A stretch of 64,000 nucleotides of DNA from positions 3,409-67,408 of the forward strand of contig CAZJGU010000004.1 in assembly GCA_964545455.1 (NCBI GenBank), in the 5' to 3' direction. Made by a program: the position numbers and the translations under genes. This DNA is from an uncultured bacterium. GTDB taxonomy: Bacteria > Deinococcota > Deinococci > Deinococcales > Trueperaceae. The notes beneath the pieces are model-generated. The model saw only the letters and a program-made list of their open reading frames with translations, made no database searches and was not told the DNA's origin. Shown here piece by piece: positions 42,820 through 51,557 of this stretch (the stretch's first letter is position 1; the number at the start of each line of letters is the position of its first letter).

Positions 42820-44079
42820 CTAGGTGTCGAGCGATTCGTCGAGGCTGCCCGCGAGGAGCGAGATCAGCCAGTCGATGGAGACGGTCCTGTCGTCGGCCAC
42901 GAGCCACCGGCGCGCCATTCGCGCAAGCCGAACCTCGATGGCCTGGCGCGTGTTCAGGTCGTCGATCGAGGCGAGCTCGCTCGTCGTGACGATGCCGAGC
43001 AGGCGCCGGAGTACCTCGCATCCCGCGTGCCGAACGGCGGAGCGACCGATCTCGCCCAGGTACGTCTCCAGCCAGGCGCGTTCGAACTCGTCCCGCTCGT
43101 CGACCTGCCAGAACGGTTCGGGCGCGATGCCGCGGGCATCGCTCGTGGTCCACAGGCGCTGGCTGACGCGCCGATAGGCGTCCCACGTGTCACGAATGGC
43201 CGAAACCGCGTAGGCCTGGCGGGCCGTCGCGTCCGCACGGTTCTTCGCGTGGAAGGGCGCAGCAGCCGCGGCGATGGCGAGGTGCGCGAAGTACGTTCCG
43301 ACGTCGTAGGCGGCCGGACCGTAGAAGGCGAACTCCGGATCGATCACGCGGGTGTCGGAGTCGCTCACCATGATGCTACCGGTGTGAAGATCGCCGTGAA
43401 GCAGCGTTTGGGCGTGGCTGAGGTAGTCGATCTTGGTCCGGAGGACCGCGGCCTTGAGGCCCGGATCGGCGCGCAGGTCGGCGACCCATGCGTCGGGGAG
43501 GCCCGAGGAATCGTTCTCGGGACTCTCCATGAACGGGTTCGTGAACACGAAGTCTTCTTGGAGCCTGCACAGGTGGGGGTTCGTGAACTCGAGTTGGCGC
43601 GCCTTCTTCTCTTCGCCCTCGAGATGCAGGTCCGAGTTGAGGACGTGCGTCGTGGCCATGAAGCGCCCGATGGCATCGGACAGTCCGGTCGGTGTGGCGC
43701 CCTGGGTCAGCGCCTCGCGCAGGACGCGGTGGTCACTCAGGAACTCCATGGCGACGAGCGACAGGGCGTCGTCGGCGTGCAGCACCTCGGGGACGAGGTC
43801 GCCTACCTGGTCGCCGTACAACCGCAGGGCGAGTGTCTCGAACCTCATCCGGTCGCGCGTCAGGGGCCACGATTCGCCCGCGACGCGCAGGTACGGGAGC
43901 GCTTGCTTGACGATGATCGCGTTGCCGTCCTCGTCGTCCAGCACGAAGACGAGGTTGAGGTTCCCATCCCCGATCTCGCGCGTGACGACCCGCGCGGGAT
44001 CAGGGAAGCGTGCTGCCAGACCGGGAATGCCAAGGACGTAGTCGAGGACGGAGTGCTGGTCCAGTGCGCGGTACGTCAT
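42820..44079 (-). CDS. mtnK: S-methyl-5-thioribose kinase family (MtnK / 5-deoxyribose kinase-like)
   Basis: EIGDGNLNLVF, IVKQALPYLRVAGESWPL, FTNPHLC, LLHGDLHTGSIMV, VIDPEFAFYGP. Close match by eye to Bacillus MtnK along most of its length. Confidence 0.9.
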   Translation of the reverse strand: MTYRALDQHSVLDYVLGIPGLAARFPDPARVVTREIGDGNLNLVFVLDDEDGNAIIVKQALPYLRVAGESWPLTRDRMRFETLALRLYGDQVGDLVPEVLHADDALSLVAMEFLSDHRVLREALTQGATPTGLSDAIGRFMATTHVLNSDLHLEGEEKKARQLEFTNPHLCRLQEDFVFTNPFMESPENDSSGLPDAWVADLRADPGLKAAVLRTKIDYLSHAQTLLHGDLHTGSIMVSDSDTRVIDPEFAFYGPAAYDVGTYFAHLAIAAAAAPFHAKNRADATARQAYAVSAIRDTWDAYRRVSQRLWTTSDARGIAPEPFWQVDERDEFERAWLETYLGEIGRSAVRHAGCEVLRRLLGIVTTSELASIDDLNTRQAIEVRLARMARRWLVADDRTVSIDWLISLLAGSLDESLDT

Positions 44080-45221
44080 GGCGATCCGTCCAGCTCCGGG
44101 AACAGACCGAGAATCCCGGCTTCGCTCGCTGCGCAGATGCCGCGTTCGGTGATCAGGCCCGTCACAAGTCGCGCAGGGGTGACATCGAAGGCGAAGTTCC
44201 GCGCTGGCGTCGTCTCGGCCATCAGGGCGACCTCGGTGGCGCGGCCGTCGTAGAGCACGTGCGCGTGCGTGACCTCGCGGGCGTCGCGCTCTTCGATCGG
44301 GATGCCGTGGATGCCGTCGTCGAGCGTCGCGTCGAACGTCGACGATGGAAGCGACACGTAGAAGGGAACGCCGTTGTCGGCGGCTGCGAGCGCCTTCTCG
44401 TAGGTGCCGATCTTGTTCGCGACGTCGCCGTTGCGCGCCGTCCGGTCGCTACCGGTGATCACGATGTCGACCAGGCCGCGCTGCATCAGGTGCCCACCAG
44501 CGTTGTCGACGATGACGGTGTGCGGAACGCCGTGCTTGGCCAGTTCCCATGCGGTCAAGCGCGCACCCTGGCTGCGCGGACGCGTCTCGTCGACCCACAC
44601 GTGGACGGGGATGCCCGCATCGTGAGCCGCGTAGACGGGCGCGGTCGCGGACCCGTGGTCGACGAATGCCAACCAGCCTGCGTTGCAGTGCGTCAGGATG
44701 TTGAGGACTCTCCCGTCGGTCTGCTGTGCGAGGTCTGCCAGGAGGCGCGATCCATGCTCGCCGATGCGTCGACACGAGTCCGCATCCTCGTCGGCGATGC
44801 GCTCCGCCTCGGAGCGAGCCGCTGCGACGAGTGCCGCCCCGTCCGCGTCGTTCTCGGCGAACGGTTCGCTCAAGTGAGGGTCGAGCAGGGTCCGCTGCCG
44901 ATCGACCGCCCAGGCGAGGTTGACGGCCGTAGGTCGCGTCGCGACGAGTTTCGCGGCGGCGCGCTCGATCACGTCCCGCCGCTGCGCGGGAGCGACCTGC
45001 GAGGCTTCGATGGCCGCCAGGAACATCCCGTACCCGGCCGCCGCACCGATCAGGCCGGCACCTCGGACCCACATGTCCCGAATCGCGACCGCGCAGTCGT
45101 CAGAGGTTCGCAGCGTGCGGATCTCGAAGGAGAACGGAAGCGTGCGCTGGTCGATGACCCGTACGCTGACGCCGTCGTCGTCGAGCCAAATCGTGCGGTA
45201 GGGAACGCCGTCGACCCGCAT
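44076..45221 (-). CDS. mtnA: S-methyl-5-thioribose-1-phosphate isomerase family (MtnA / eIF2B-like)
   Basis: ATGA overlap with mtnK. VIDQRTLP, MWVRGAGLIGAAAGYG, ILTHCNAG, VDETRPRSQGARLTAWEL, VITGSDRTARNGDVANKIGTY. Confidence 0.9.
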   Translation of the reverse strand: MRVDGVPYRTIWLDDDGVSVRVIDQRTLPFSFEIRTLRTSDDCAVAIRDMWVRGAGLIGAAAGYGMFLAAIEASQVAPAQRRDVIERAAAKLVATRPTAVNLAWAVDRQRTLLDPHLSEPFAENDADGAALVAAARSEAERIADEDADSCRRIGEHGSRLLADLAQQTDGRVLNILTHCNAGWLAFVDHGSATAPVYAAHDAGIPVHVWVDETRPRSQGARLTAWELAKHGVPHTVIVDNAGGHLMQRGLVDIVITGSDRTARNGDVANKIGTYEKALAAADNGVPFYVSLPSSTFDATLDDGIHGIPIEERDAREVTHAHVLYDGRATEVALMAETTPARNFAFDVTPARLVTGLITERGICAASEAGILGLFPELDGSP

Positions 45222-45222
45222 G

Positions 45223-46086
45223 TCAGATCGTCTTCGGGATCACGGCGTCGTAGGCACGGCGCTCGCTCTCGAGGGCGCGGTCCGGATCCACGAGGGACAG
45301 GGCCACGTAGAGGGTGTCGACGATCGCGAACTGAGCGATGCGCGACGCGAGCGCTTCGGGTCTGAGTTCGTTGGCGACGCTCAGGAGCGTGACGTCCGCG
45401 TGCTGCGTGAAGGGTGAATGGGCGTTGCCGGTGATGGCGATCGTGGAGCAGCCCTGTTCCTTGGCGCGTTCGAGGGTCATGACCGGATCCACCGATGTTC
45501 CGGAATGCGAGACCCCCACGACCACGTCGTCGGGGGCGAGCATCGCGACGGACATCAGTTGAAGGTAGGAGTCCGTCTGCGCGCTGCAGTCGAGCCCGAT
45601 TCGGAAGAGCTTCTGGTAGAGGTCCTCGACGATCGGGATCGACGTTCCCACGCCGGTCACCAGGATGCGGCGCGCCTTGGCGAGCATGTCCACGGCGCGC
45701 TGGAGGGAGGGCAGATCCAGGGTCGCGGCCGTGTCTTCGAGCGCCTGCACGTTGGCGCCGAAGACCTTGGAGCAGACGGAGGCGAGATCGTCGCTGGACG
45801 TCACGCCCTCGACGATCAGGCGGTTCGGTTCGGCCAGGTCCCCGGCGATGGCGAGCTTGAGGTCCGTGAACCCTCGGAACCCGACGCTCCTGCAGAAGCG
45901 CAGAACGGTCGTGTCGCTGACGCCGCAGGCGTAGCCGACCTGCGCCATGGACATGTTGAGCAACTGCTCCGGTCGCTCGAGCAGCCACCGTGCGACGCGC
46001 TCTTCTGCGTCGGCCAGGGTGGGAAGCATGCTCCGAACCCGTGCGGTCGCGCTTCCGACGTTCCGATGGGAAGTCAGGTCAGCCAT
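45223..46086 (-). CDS. MurR/RpiR-family transcriptional regulator (HTH + SIS domain)
   Basis: VGYACGVSDTTVLRFCRSVGFRGFTDLK. SIS region ILVTGVGTSIPIV...VVVGVSHSGTS. Confidence 0.9.
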   Translation of the reverse strand: MADLTSHRNVGSATARVRSMLPTLADAEERVARWLLERPEQLLNMSMAQVGYACGVSDTTVLRFCRSVGFRGFTDLKLAIAGDLAEPNRLIVEGVTSSDDLASVCSKVFGANVQALEDTAATLDLPSLQRAVDMLAKARRILVTGVGTSIPIVEDLYQKLFRIGLDCSAQTDSYLQLMSVAMLAPDDVVVGVSHSGTSVDPVMTLERAKEQGCSTIAITGNAHSPFTQHADVTLLSVANELRPEALASRIAQFAIVDTLYVALSLVDPDRALESERRAYDAVIPKTI

Positions 46087-46301
46087 ATAGCACTACCACC
46101 ACTCTCTATTCAGATGTGTTGTGTCACCACGCTAGCAGGTGGGTCGTCCCGCCGCAAGTCCAGCCATGGACAGAACGAGGGCGGGCCCGCGCCGGTCGTG
46201 CCGGCGAGACCAGGAGGGGACGGGATGCTTGCCGTTGCCGTTGGGGGGTCGGGAGCGAGTCCAACGCGGCAACGCGTCACCCTCGGACAACGTTGCACTC
46301 A

Positions 46302-46315
46302 AAAGTCATGACGTT
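46302..46315. promoter_or_regulatory. Palindromic operator-like site AAAGTCATGACGTT (core GTCATGAC)
   Basis: It lies in the 318-nt divergent intergenic region between the RpiR gene and the isomerase operon. It matches 12 of 14 positions of the site at 51421-51434. Confidence 0.45.
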
Positions 46316-46404
46316 ATAGCATCCTCGGCAATCCGTACTCGGCGGCGCCCCGCGCCACGCCCCTCACCGGACGTCGACCGCGACGTCCGAGACCTGAACG
46401 GATC

Positions 46405-47871
46405 GTGACCATGGACGCGACCGACTCCGATCCGCGCGCGCCGGTGATCGCCTACGCACCCGCGTGGCTGCCCAGCTACGAGGCCGCCGGGCACCGCGTC
46501 GTCGAACGTTCGCGCGCCACCCTGGAGCAGCGAGTCGAGGCAGTCGGCGGGCGCCTGCTGGTCCTGGACGCGCCGATCGAGTCGGCCGCGGACGCGGCCG
46601 CGGCGGCGCGCGCCTTCGCCGATGCCGGCGCCGACCTCGTCCTCCTGCAGAGCGCCAGCTTCGCCATGGGCGACGTCGTCCTGCCGTTCGCCGAGGCCGG
46701 CCACCGCCTGTGCCTCTGGGCACCCTCCGAGCCGCGGCGCCACGGCCCGATCCCGCTCAACGGCTTCGTCGCCATGCACCTCCACGCGGGCGTGCTCGGG
46801 ACGGCGGGCCGCGCGACGGGGGCTCGCTTCACCTGGCTCTTCGGGGACGCGGGGAGCCCGCTCTTCGAAGGCCGACTCGCGGCGGTCCTCGCCAGCCTGC
46901 GCGTCCTCGCGGCGCTGCGCAGCGCCACCGTCCTTCGGATCGGCGACGTGGCGCCCACCTTCCTCAACGTCGCGTCCGACCACGACGCGGTCCTCGCCAC
47001 CACCGGAGCGCGCGTTCGGACCGTACCGCTGGAGCCGCTGCTCGACGACGTCGACGCTCGCCTCGCGGACGCCGACCGGACCGCGATCGACGGCGCCGTC
47101 GCCGGCATGACGGCCGACGTGCCGGTCGACGGCCTGAGGGAGGACGACCTCGCCCGCAGCGCCGCGGTCTACCTCGCCCTCCGTACGGTCGCCGACCGCC
47201 ATGGCGCCGACGCCGTCGCCGTCCGCGACTGGCCGGAGATGCAGACCCGCCTGGGGCTCCACCCCGGCATGGCGATGAGCTGGCTGGACCACCACGACGG
47301 CGTGCCGGCCGCGGCCGAAGGCGACGTGGGCGGCGCGCTCTCGATGATCGCCGCGCGCGCCGCGTCGGGGCGGCCGGCCATGCTCCTCGACGTCAACGAC
47401 CTCGACGACGAGCACGACGCGCTGCTGACCTGGCACTGCGGCGGCAGCCCCCTGGCCATCGCCGATGCGACCGGTCCCCGCTGGACGCCGCACACCACGC
47501 TCGCGCACGAGGACGGCACGGCCATGGGCGCGGTCGCGGACCTCACGTTCGCTCCCGGGCCGGTCACCCTGCTGCGGGTCGGGCGGGACGGCCGCCGCTG
47601 GTTCGTGATCGAGGGCGAGGTCATCGCGTCCCCCAACCCCGGCTTCGACGGGAGTCGCGGCTGGATCGCTCGTTTCCGCGACCGCGACGGACCGTTGCGC
47701 GCCCGCGACGTCGCCGAGACGCTGATCGCCGGCGGCGTGGAGCACCACCTCGCCCTCGTTCCCGGCCACCACGCCGCGGCGCTCCGTACGGCCGCCGGGT
47801 GGCTCGGGGCCCGCTTGGTCCCCCGCATCGAGCATCGCGACGATCTATCCCTTCAGGAGGTCCATCCGTGA
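46405..47871 (+). CDS. L-fucose/L-arabinose isomerase-family sugar isomerase
   Basis: 488 aa. VRDWPEMQ...GMAMSWLD...AEGDVGGALSMI...LLTWHCGG. Family assignment by motif memory only. Confidence 0.65.
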   Translation: MTMDATDSDPRAPVIAYAPAWLPSYEAAGHRVVERSRATLEQRVEAVGGRLLVLDAPIESAADAAAAARAFADAGADLVLLQSASFAMGDVVLPFAEAGHRLCLWAPSEPRRHGPIPLNGFVAMHLHAGVLGTAGRATGARFTWLFGDAGSPLFEGRLAAVLASLRVLAALRSATVLRIGDVAPTFLNVASDHDAVLATTGARVRTVPLEPLLDDVDARLADADRTAIDGAVAGMTADVPVDGLREDDLARSAAVYLALRTVADRHGADAVAVRDWPEMQTRLGLHPGMAMSWLDHHDGVPAAAEGDVGGALSMIAARAASGRPAMLLDVNDLDDEHDALLTWHCGGSPLAIADATGPRWTPHTTLAHEDGTAMGAVADLTFAPGPVTLLRVGRDGRRWFVIEGEVIASPNPGFDGSRGWIARFRDRDGPLRARDVAETLIAGGVEHHLALVPGHHAAALRTAAGWLGARLVPRIEHRDDLSLQEVHP

Positions 47872-48728
47872 GCGATCCCGCCCCCGCCCCTTCCTTCGCG
47901 AGCGCGTCCGCGGGCGCTAGGCTCGACCGACTCCTCGGTCCGGACGGCCGAACCGTGATCGTGGCCCTGGATCACGCCCTCGCGACGGGACAGTCGGCCG
48001 GCTTGGACGACCCTGTCGGTGTCCTCGCCGAGGTCGCGGAGGCCGGAGCGGACGCGGCGATCCTGACGCCCGGTGCGGTGCGCCTCCGTGCGGGCGCCGC
48101 CGCGAACCTGCCGTGGCTGCTCACCGCCGACTACTACGCGACGTCCGCGGACGCCGGCATGCCTGGCGATGCCGAGCTGCACGGCGTGCTGTGGGGCGCG
48201 GAGCACGCCGCCTCCCTGGGCGCCGACGGCATCAAGTGCTTGTGGATCCACGGTCAGACCGACGCGGAGCGGCACCTGCGGTCGTTGCGTCAGGTCGCGC
48301 GCCTGATGGAGGACGCCCACCGGGTCGGCCTGCCGGTGATGGTGGAGGCCGTGCTGTGGGGACCCCGGCTCGCGCCCGGACGCGAGCAGGACGGGGAGCT
48401 GGTCGCCAACGCGGCCCGCATGGCCTTCGAGCTCGGCGCCGACGTGATCAAGGTCGCCATGCCGGACGACGTCGTGCCCCTCCAGCGGGTCGCGCGGTCG
48501 GTGCCCGTCCCGATCGTCGCGATGGGCGGCCCGGCGCACGATCCGGCGGTCCTGTTCGGCCGGGTGCGACGCGTCCTCGACGCGGGTCTCGCTGGCGTCG
48601 CCCTGGGCCGCAACGTCTGGAAGACCGAGCGCCCCGAGCGCATGGTCGCCGCGCTGCGTGCGTTGGTGCACGACGGCGTGTCCGACACCGACGCGCTCGC
48701 CGTGCTTGGCCGGGGCGACGGCGGGTGA
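47868..48728 (+). CDS. Class I aldolase, DhnA/FbaB/LsrF (DeoC-LacD) family
   Basis: Tail of ORF 46464-48728 from GTG 47868 (CAGGAGG upstream, GTGA overlap). RTVIVALDHALATG, GADVIKVAMP (Schiff-base Lys context), VAMGGP. Confidence 0.75.
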   Translation: MSDPAPAPSFASASAGARLDRLLGPDGRTVIVALDHALATGQSAGLDDPVGVLAEVAEAGADAAILTPGAVRLRAGAAANLPWLLTADYYATSADAGMPGDAELHGVLWGAEHAASLGADGIKCLWIHGQTDAERHLRSLRQVARLMEDAHRVGLPVMVEAVLWGPRLAPGREQDGELVANAARMAFELGADVIKVAMPDDVVPLQRVARSVPVPIVAMGGPAHDPAVLFGRVRRVLDAGLAGVALGRNVWKTERPERMVAALRALVHDGVSDTDALAVLGRGDGG

Positions 48729-49498
48729 GCGGAGCCGATCGGCGGCTGGAGGGCAAGAACGTCGTCGTGACGGGGGGCGCCAGTGGGAACGGGCGTGCGA
48801 TCGCGCTGGCGGCGGCGCGCGCGGGCGCCAACGTCGTCGTCGCCGACGTGACCGAAACGCCGCGCGAGGGCGGTCGGCCCACGCACGAGCTGTGCGAGGA
48901 GCACGGCGCCCAGGCGCGCTTCGTTCGCTGCGACGTCCGCGACCGGGCGCAGCAGGACGCGGCCGTGGCCGCCTGCGACGACTGGGGCGGCATCGACGCG
49001 ATGGTCGCGAACGCCGGTCTGCTACGGAAGCACGACCTCCTGGACATCGACGAGGCCGCCTACGACGCGATGCTCGACGTCAACGTCAAGGGCGTGCTGT
49101 TCTCCGCGCAAGCCGCTGCCGCGCGCATGACCGACCGGGGTGGATCGATCCTGGTCCTCGCCAGCATCGCCGGCCTGCGCGGGACCGGCCGCTACGCGCT
49201 CTACAACCTCACCAAGGGCGCGGTCCGCCTGCTGGCGTCCTCGCTCGCCCACGAGCTCGGACCCAAGGGCGTCCGCGTCAACGCGCTCTGCCCCGGCATC
49301 ATCGACACGCACATGAACGTGCACGACGATCCCGTCATCGGCACCGCCGACGGCGAGGGTCTGCGCGAGCAGATCCCGCTCGGCCGCTGGGGACGGCCCG
49401 ACGAGGTCGCCGACGCGGCGATCTACCTCCTCTCCGACGACGCCTCCTACGTCGCGGGCGCGTCGCTCGTCGTCGACGGCGGCTACCTGCGCATCTGA
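48725..49498 (+). CDS. Short-chain dehydrogenase/reductase
   Basis: GTG 48725 (GTGA overlap). VVVTGGASGNGRAIA. YNLTKGA. PGIIDT. Confidence 0.9.
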   Translation: MSGADRRLEGKNVVVTGGASGNGRAIALAAARAGANVVVADVTETPREGGRPTHELCEEHGAQARFVRCDVRDRAQQDAAVAACDDWGGIDAMVANAGLLRKHDLLDIDEAAYDAMLDVNVKGVLFSAQAAAARMTDRGGSILVLASIAGLRGTGRYALYNLTKGAVRLLASSLAHELGPKGVRVNALCPGIIDTHMNVHDDPVIGTADGEGLREQIPLGRWGRPDEVADAAIYLLSDDASYVAGASLVVDGGYLRI

Positions 49499-49508
49499 AG
49501 GGACGATC

Positions 49509-50612
49509 ATGAGCACCGTTCGCTTTCCCACCCTGACACCCGAGCGACGCCGCGAGCTCCTCGCCCCCCCGAGCCGCGATGGCCGCCTTCGGATCGTGAT
49601 CGACACCGACGCCGCCAACGAGATCGACGACCAGTTCGCGCTCGCCTGGGCGTTCCTGTCCCGCGACCGGTTCGACATCGAGGGCGTCTACGCCGTGCCG
49701 TACAGCTTCGGTATCTACCGCGACGACCTGATCGAGACGCGGCGCCGCCTGGACGGGGGCGAGGCCATCCCGGACGAGCTCCGGCCGCTGGTCGGATGGG
49801 TCGAGGGGCTACGGGCCGACGGCGTCCACCCGTCGGAGGTGCCGTTCGTGACACCGGCCGACGGGATGGAGGAGTCCTACCAGGAGATCCTCACCGTCGA
49901 TCGCTTGATGAACGCGGGCCTCGCCGATCGGGCCTTCCGGGGGTCGCCGGGCTACCTGGCTTCCCTCGACGAGCCGATCGACAGCCCCGCCGCGCGGCAC
50001 CTGATCGAACGAGCGCTGGCCGACGACGACCGCCCCCTCTACGTGGTCGCGATCGGCGCGACGACGAACCTCGCGTCCGCCCTGTTGATGGCGCCTGAGA
50101 TCGCGGAGCGGATCGTGATCGTCTGGACGTCGGCCTACCCGACCTGGTCGGGGATGTACAACTACTCGTTCAACCTGGAGCAGGACCTGCCCGCCTCGCA
50201 GCTGTTGTTCACGAGCGGCGTGCCGATGGTGTACCTGCCGGGGTACTACCTCGGGGCGCAGCTGCGCCTGTCGCTCCCCGAGATCGAGCGCTGGATCCGT
50301 GGATGCGGTGCCATCGGCGAGTACCTGCACCACCTCTACACGCACAACCCGCTCTACCCGCAGCGCGGCATCCACGAGAAGCCGGGTCGCAGCTGGGTGA
50401 TCTGGGACCTGATCAACTTCGCCTGGCTCCTCGAGCCGTCGTGGGTTCCCACGCGCTTCGTGCCGACGCCGCGGCTCGGCGATGATCAGCGCTGGCACGC
50501 CGACGGCGCGCCGGGGACCGAGATGCTCGAAGCGTTCGAGGTGGCGCGTGATCCGATCATGATCGACGTCATCGCCAAGCTCCAGGCCGGCTTCGGAACG
50601 GAGGACGCATGA
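49509..50612 (+). CDS. Nucleoside hydrolase-like protein (divergent IUNH family)
   Basis: RIVIDTDAANEIDDQFALAWAFL is an Asp-cluster variant of the DxDxxxDD motif. Confidence 0.7.
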   Translation: MSTVRFPTLTPERRRELLAPPSRDGRLRIVIDTDAANEIDDQFALAWAFLSRDRFDIEGVYAVPYSFGIYRDDLIETRRRLDGGEAIPDELRPLVGWVEGLRADGVHPSEVPFVTPADGMEESYQEILTVDRLMNAGLADRAFRGSPGYLASLDEPIDSPAARHLIERALADDDRPLYVVAIGATTNLASALLMAPEIAERIVIVWTSAYPTWSGMYNYSFNLEQDLPASQLLFTSGVPMVYLPGYYLGAQLRLSLPEIERWIRGCGAIGEYLHHLYTHNPLYPQRGIHEKPGRSWVIWDLINFAWLLEPSWVPTRFVPTPRLGDDQRWHADGAPGTEMLEAFEVARDPIMIDVIAKLQAGFGTEDA

Positions 50613-51379
50613 CGCGCGCGACCTCGCCCCTGGACCGGAACGACGACCGCCCGCTCTACCAGCAGCTCTACGCCGCGCTGCGCGGCAAGGTGCAGCGCGG
50701 CGAGTGGTGCCCCGCCAGCATGATTCCCGCCGAGGCCGAGTTGATGGCCGACTACGGCGTCAGTCGCATCACGGTGCGAGCGGCGCTGGACCAGATGGTG
50801 CGGGACGGTCTGATCGAGCGGCAGCGGGGTCGCGGCAGCTTCGTGCGTGCGGCCGCGCCCGAAGCGCGCGCCTGCGTGACGTCGTTGACCGAGCAGGTGA
50901 TGCGCTCCGGTCGCACGCCGACGACCGACGTGCTCGGCGTCGAGGTCCGGCCGGCGGCGCGGTTCGTCGACGATGAGCTCCCCTTCGCCGACGACGAAGC
51001 GGTCGCACGGATCGAGCGGGTCCGTCGCATCGACGGCCGTCCGGTCGCCCTGATGCGCTCGTTCATCCCCGAGCGGCACGTTCCTGGCGTCTCGACCCGC
51101 GACTTCGCGGAGGAGGGGCCTGCCCAGAGCCTGCTCTACGTGCTGGAACACCGCTTCGGCGTGCTGCTCGACGTGGGCGAGGAGACGCTCGTCCCGACCG
51201 GCGCGGAGCGGCGTGACGCGGAGCCGCTGGGGATCGAGGTGGGGACGCCGGTGGCCGTCAAGATCTGCCGGATCGAGAACGCCGCGGGGGAGACGACGCT
51301 CTACGAGGAGGCGATCTGGTGCGCGCCGCAGAGCCAGCCGATCCAACGTTTCCCCGAGCCGGTGCCGGCCGTCCGGTGA
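50609..51379 (+). CDS. GntR-family (HutC-type, UTRA domain) transcriptional regulator
   Basis: ATGA overlap with the upstream gene. PLYQQLYAALRGKVQRGEW...IPAEAELMADYGVSRITVRAALDQMVRDGLIERQRGRGSFV. Confidence 0.9.
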   Translation: MTRATSPLDRNDDRPLYQQLYAALRGKVQRGEWCPASMIPAEAELMADYGVSRITVRAALDQMVRDGLIERQRGRGSFVRAAAPEARACVTSLTEQVMRSGRTPTTDVLGVEVRPAARFVDDELPFADDEAVARIERVRRIDGRPVALMRSFIPERHVPGVSTRDFAEEGPAQSLLYVLEHRFGVLLDVGEETLVPTGAERRDAEPLGIEVGTPVAVKICRIENAAGETTLYEEAIWCAPQSQPIQRFPEPVPAVR

Positions 51380-51406
51380 CGTGTCGAGTACACCGGATGC
51401 ACCTGC

Positions 51407-51436
51407 TTGACACCGCGCGAAATGTCATGACATTCT
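51407..51436 (+). promoter_or_regulatory. Promoter-like TTGACA plus perfect 14-bp palindrome AATGTCATGACATT over the spacer/-10 region
   Basis: TTGACA at 51407-51412. Palindrome at 51421-51434. About 120 nt upstream of the ABC ATPase ATG at 51558. Confidence 0.5.
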
Positions 51437-51557
51437 TCGCCCCAACGTTCACAACGTCGCTCACCTCACGATTCCGCGGGGGCGTGGGCGAACGCTCAGG
51501 AAGCGAGGTGTGCATGCCCGCCACGACGCATGCGCAGGCCCGCCCGGCGAGGCGCCG

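Noticed and set aside
42820-45221. Reading mtnK-mtnA as part of a canonical methionine salvage operon.
   Set aside because: No other salvage genes are adjacent. The neighbours are a nucleoside hydrolase, a sugar importer and an aldolase-SDR fusion, which fits a DHAP-shunt or 5-deoxyribose-type route better. The canonical role is not excluded and is listed as the refuting scenario.
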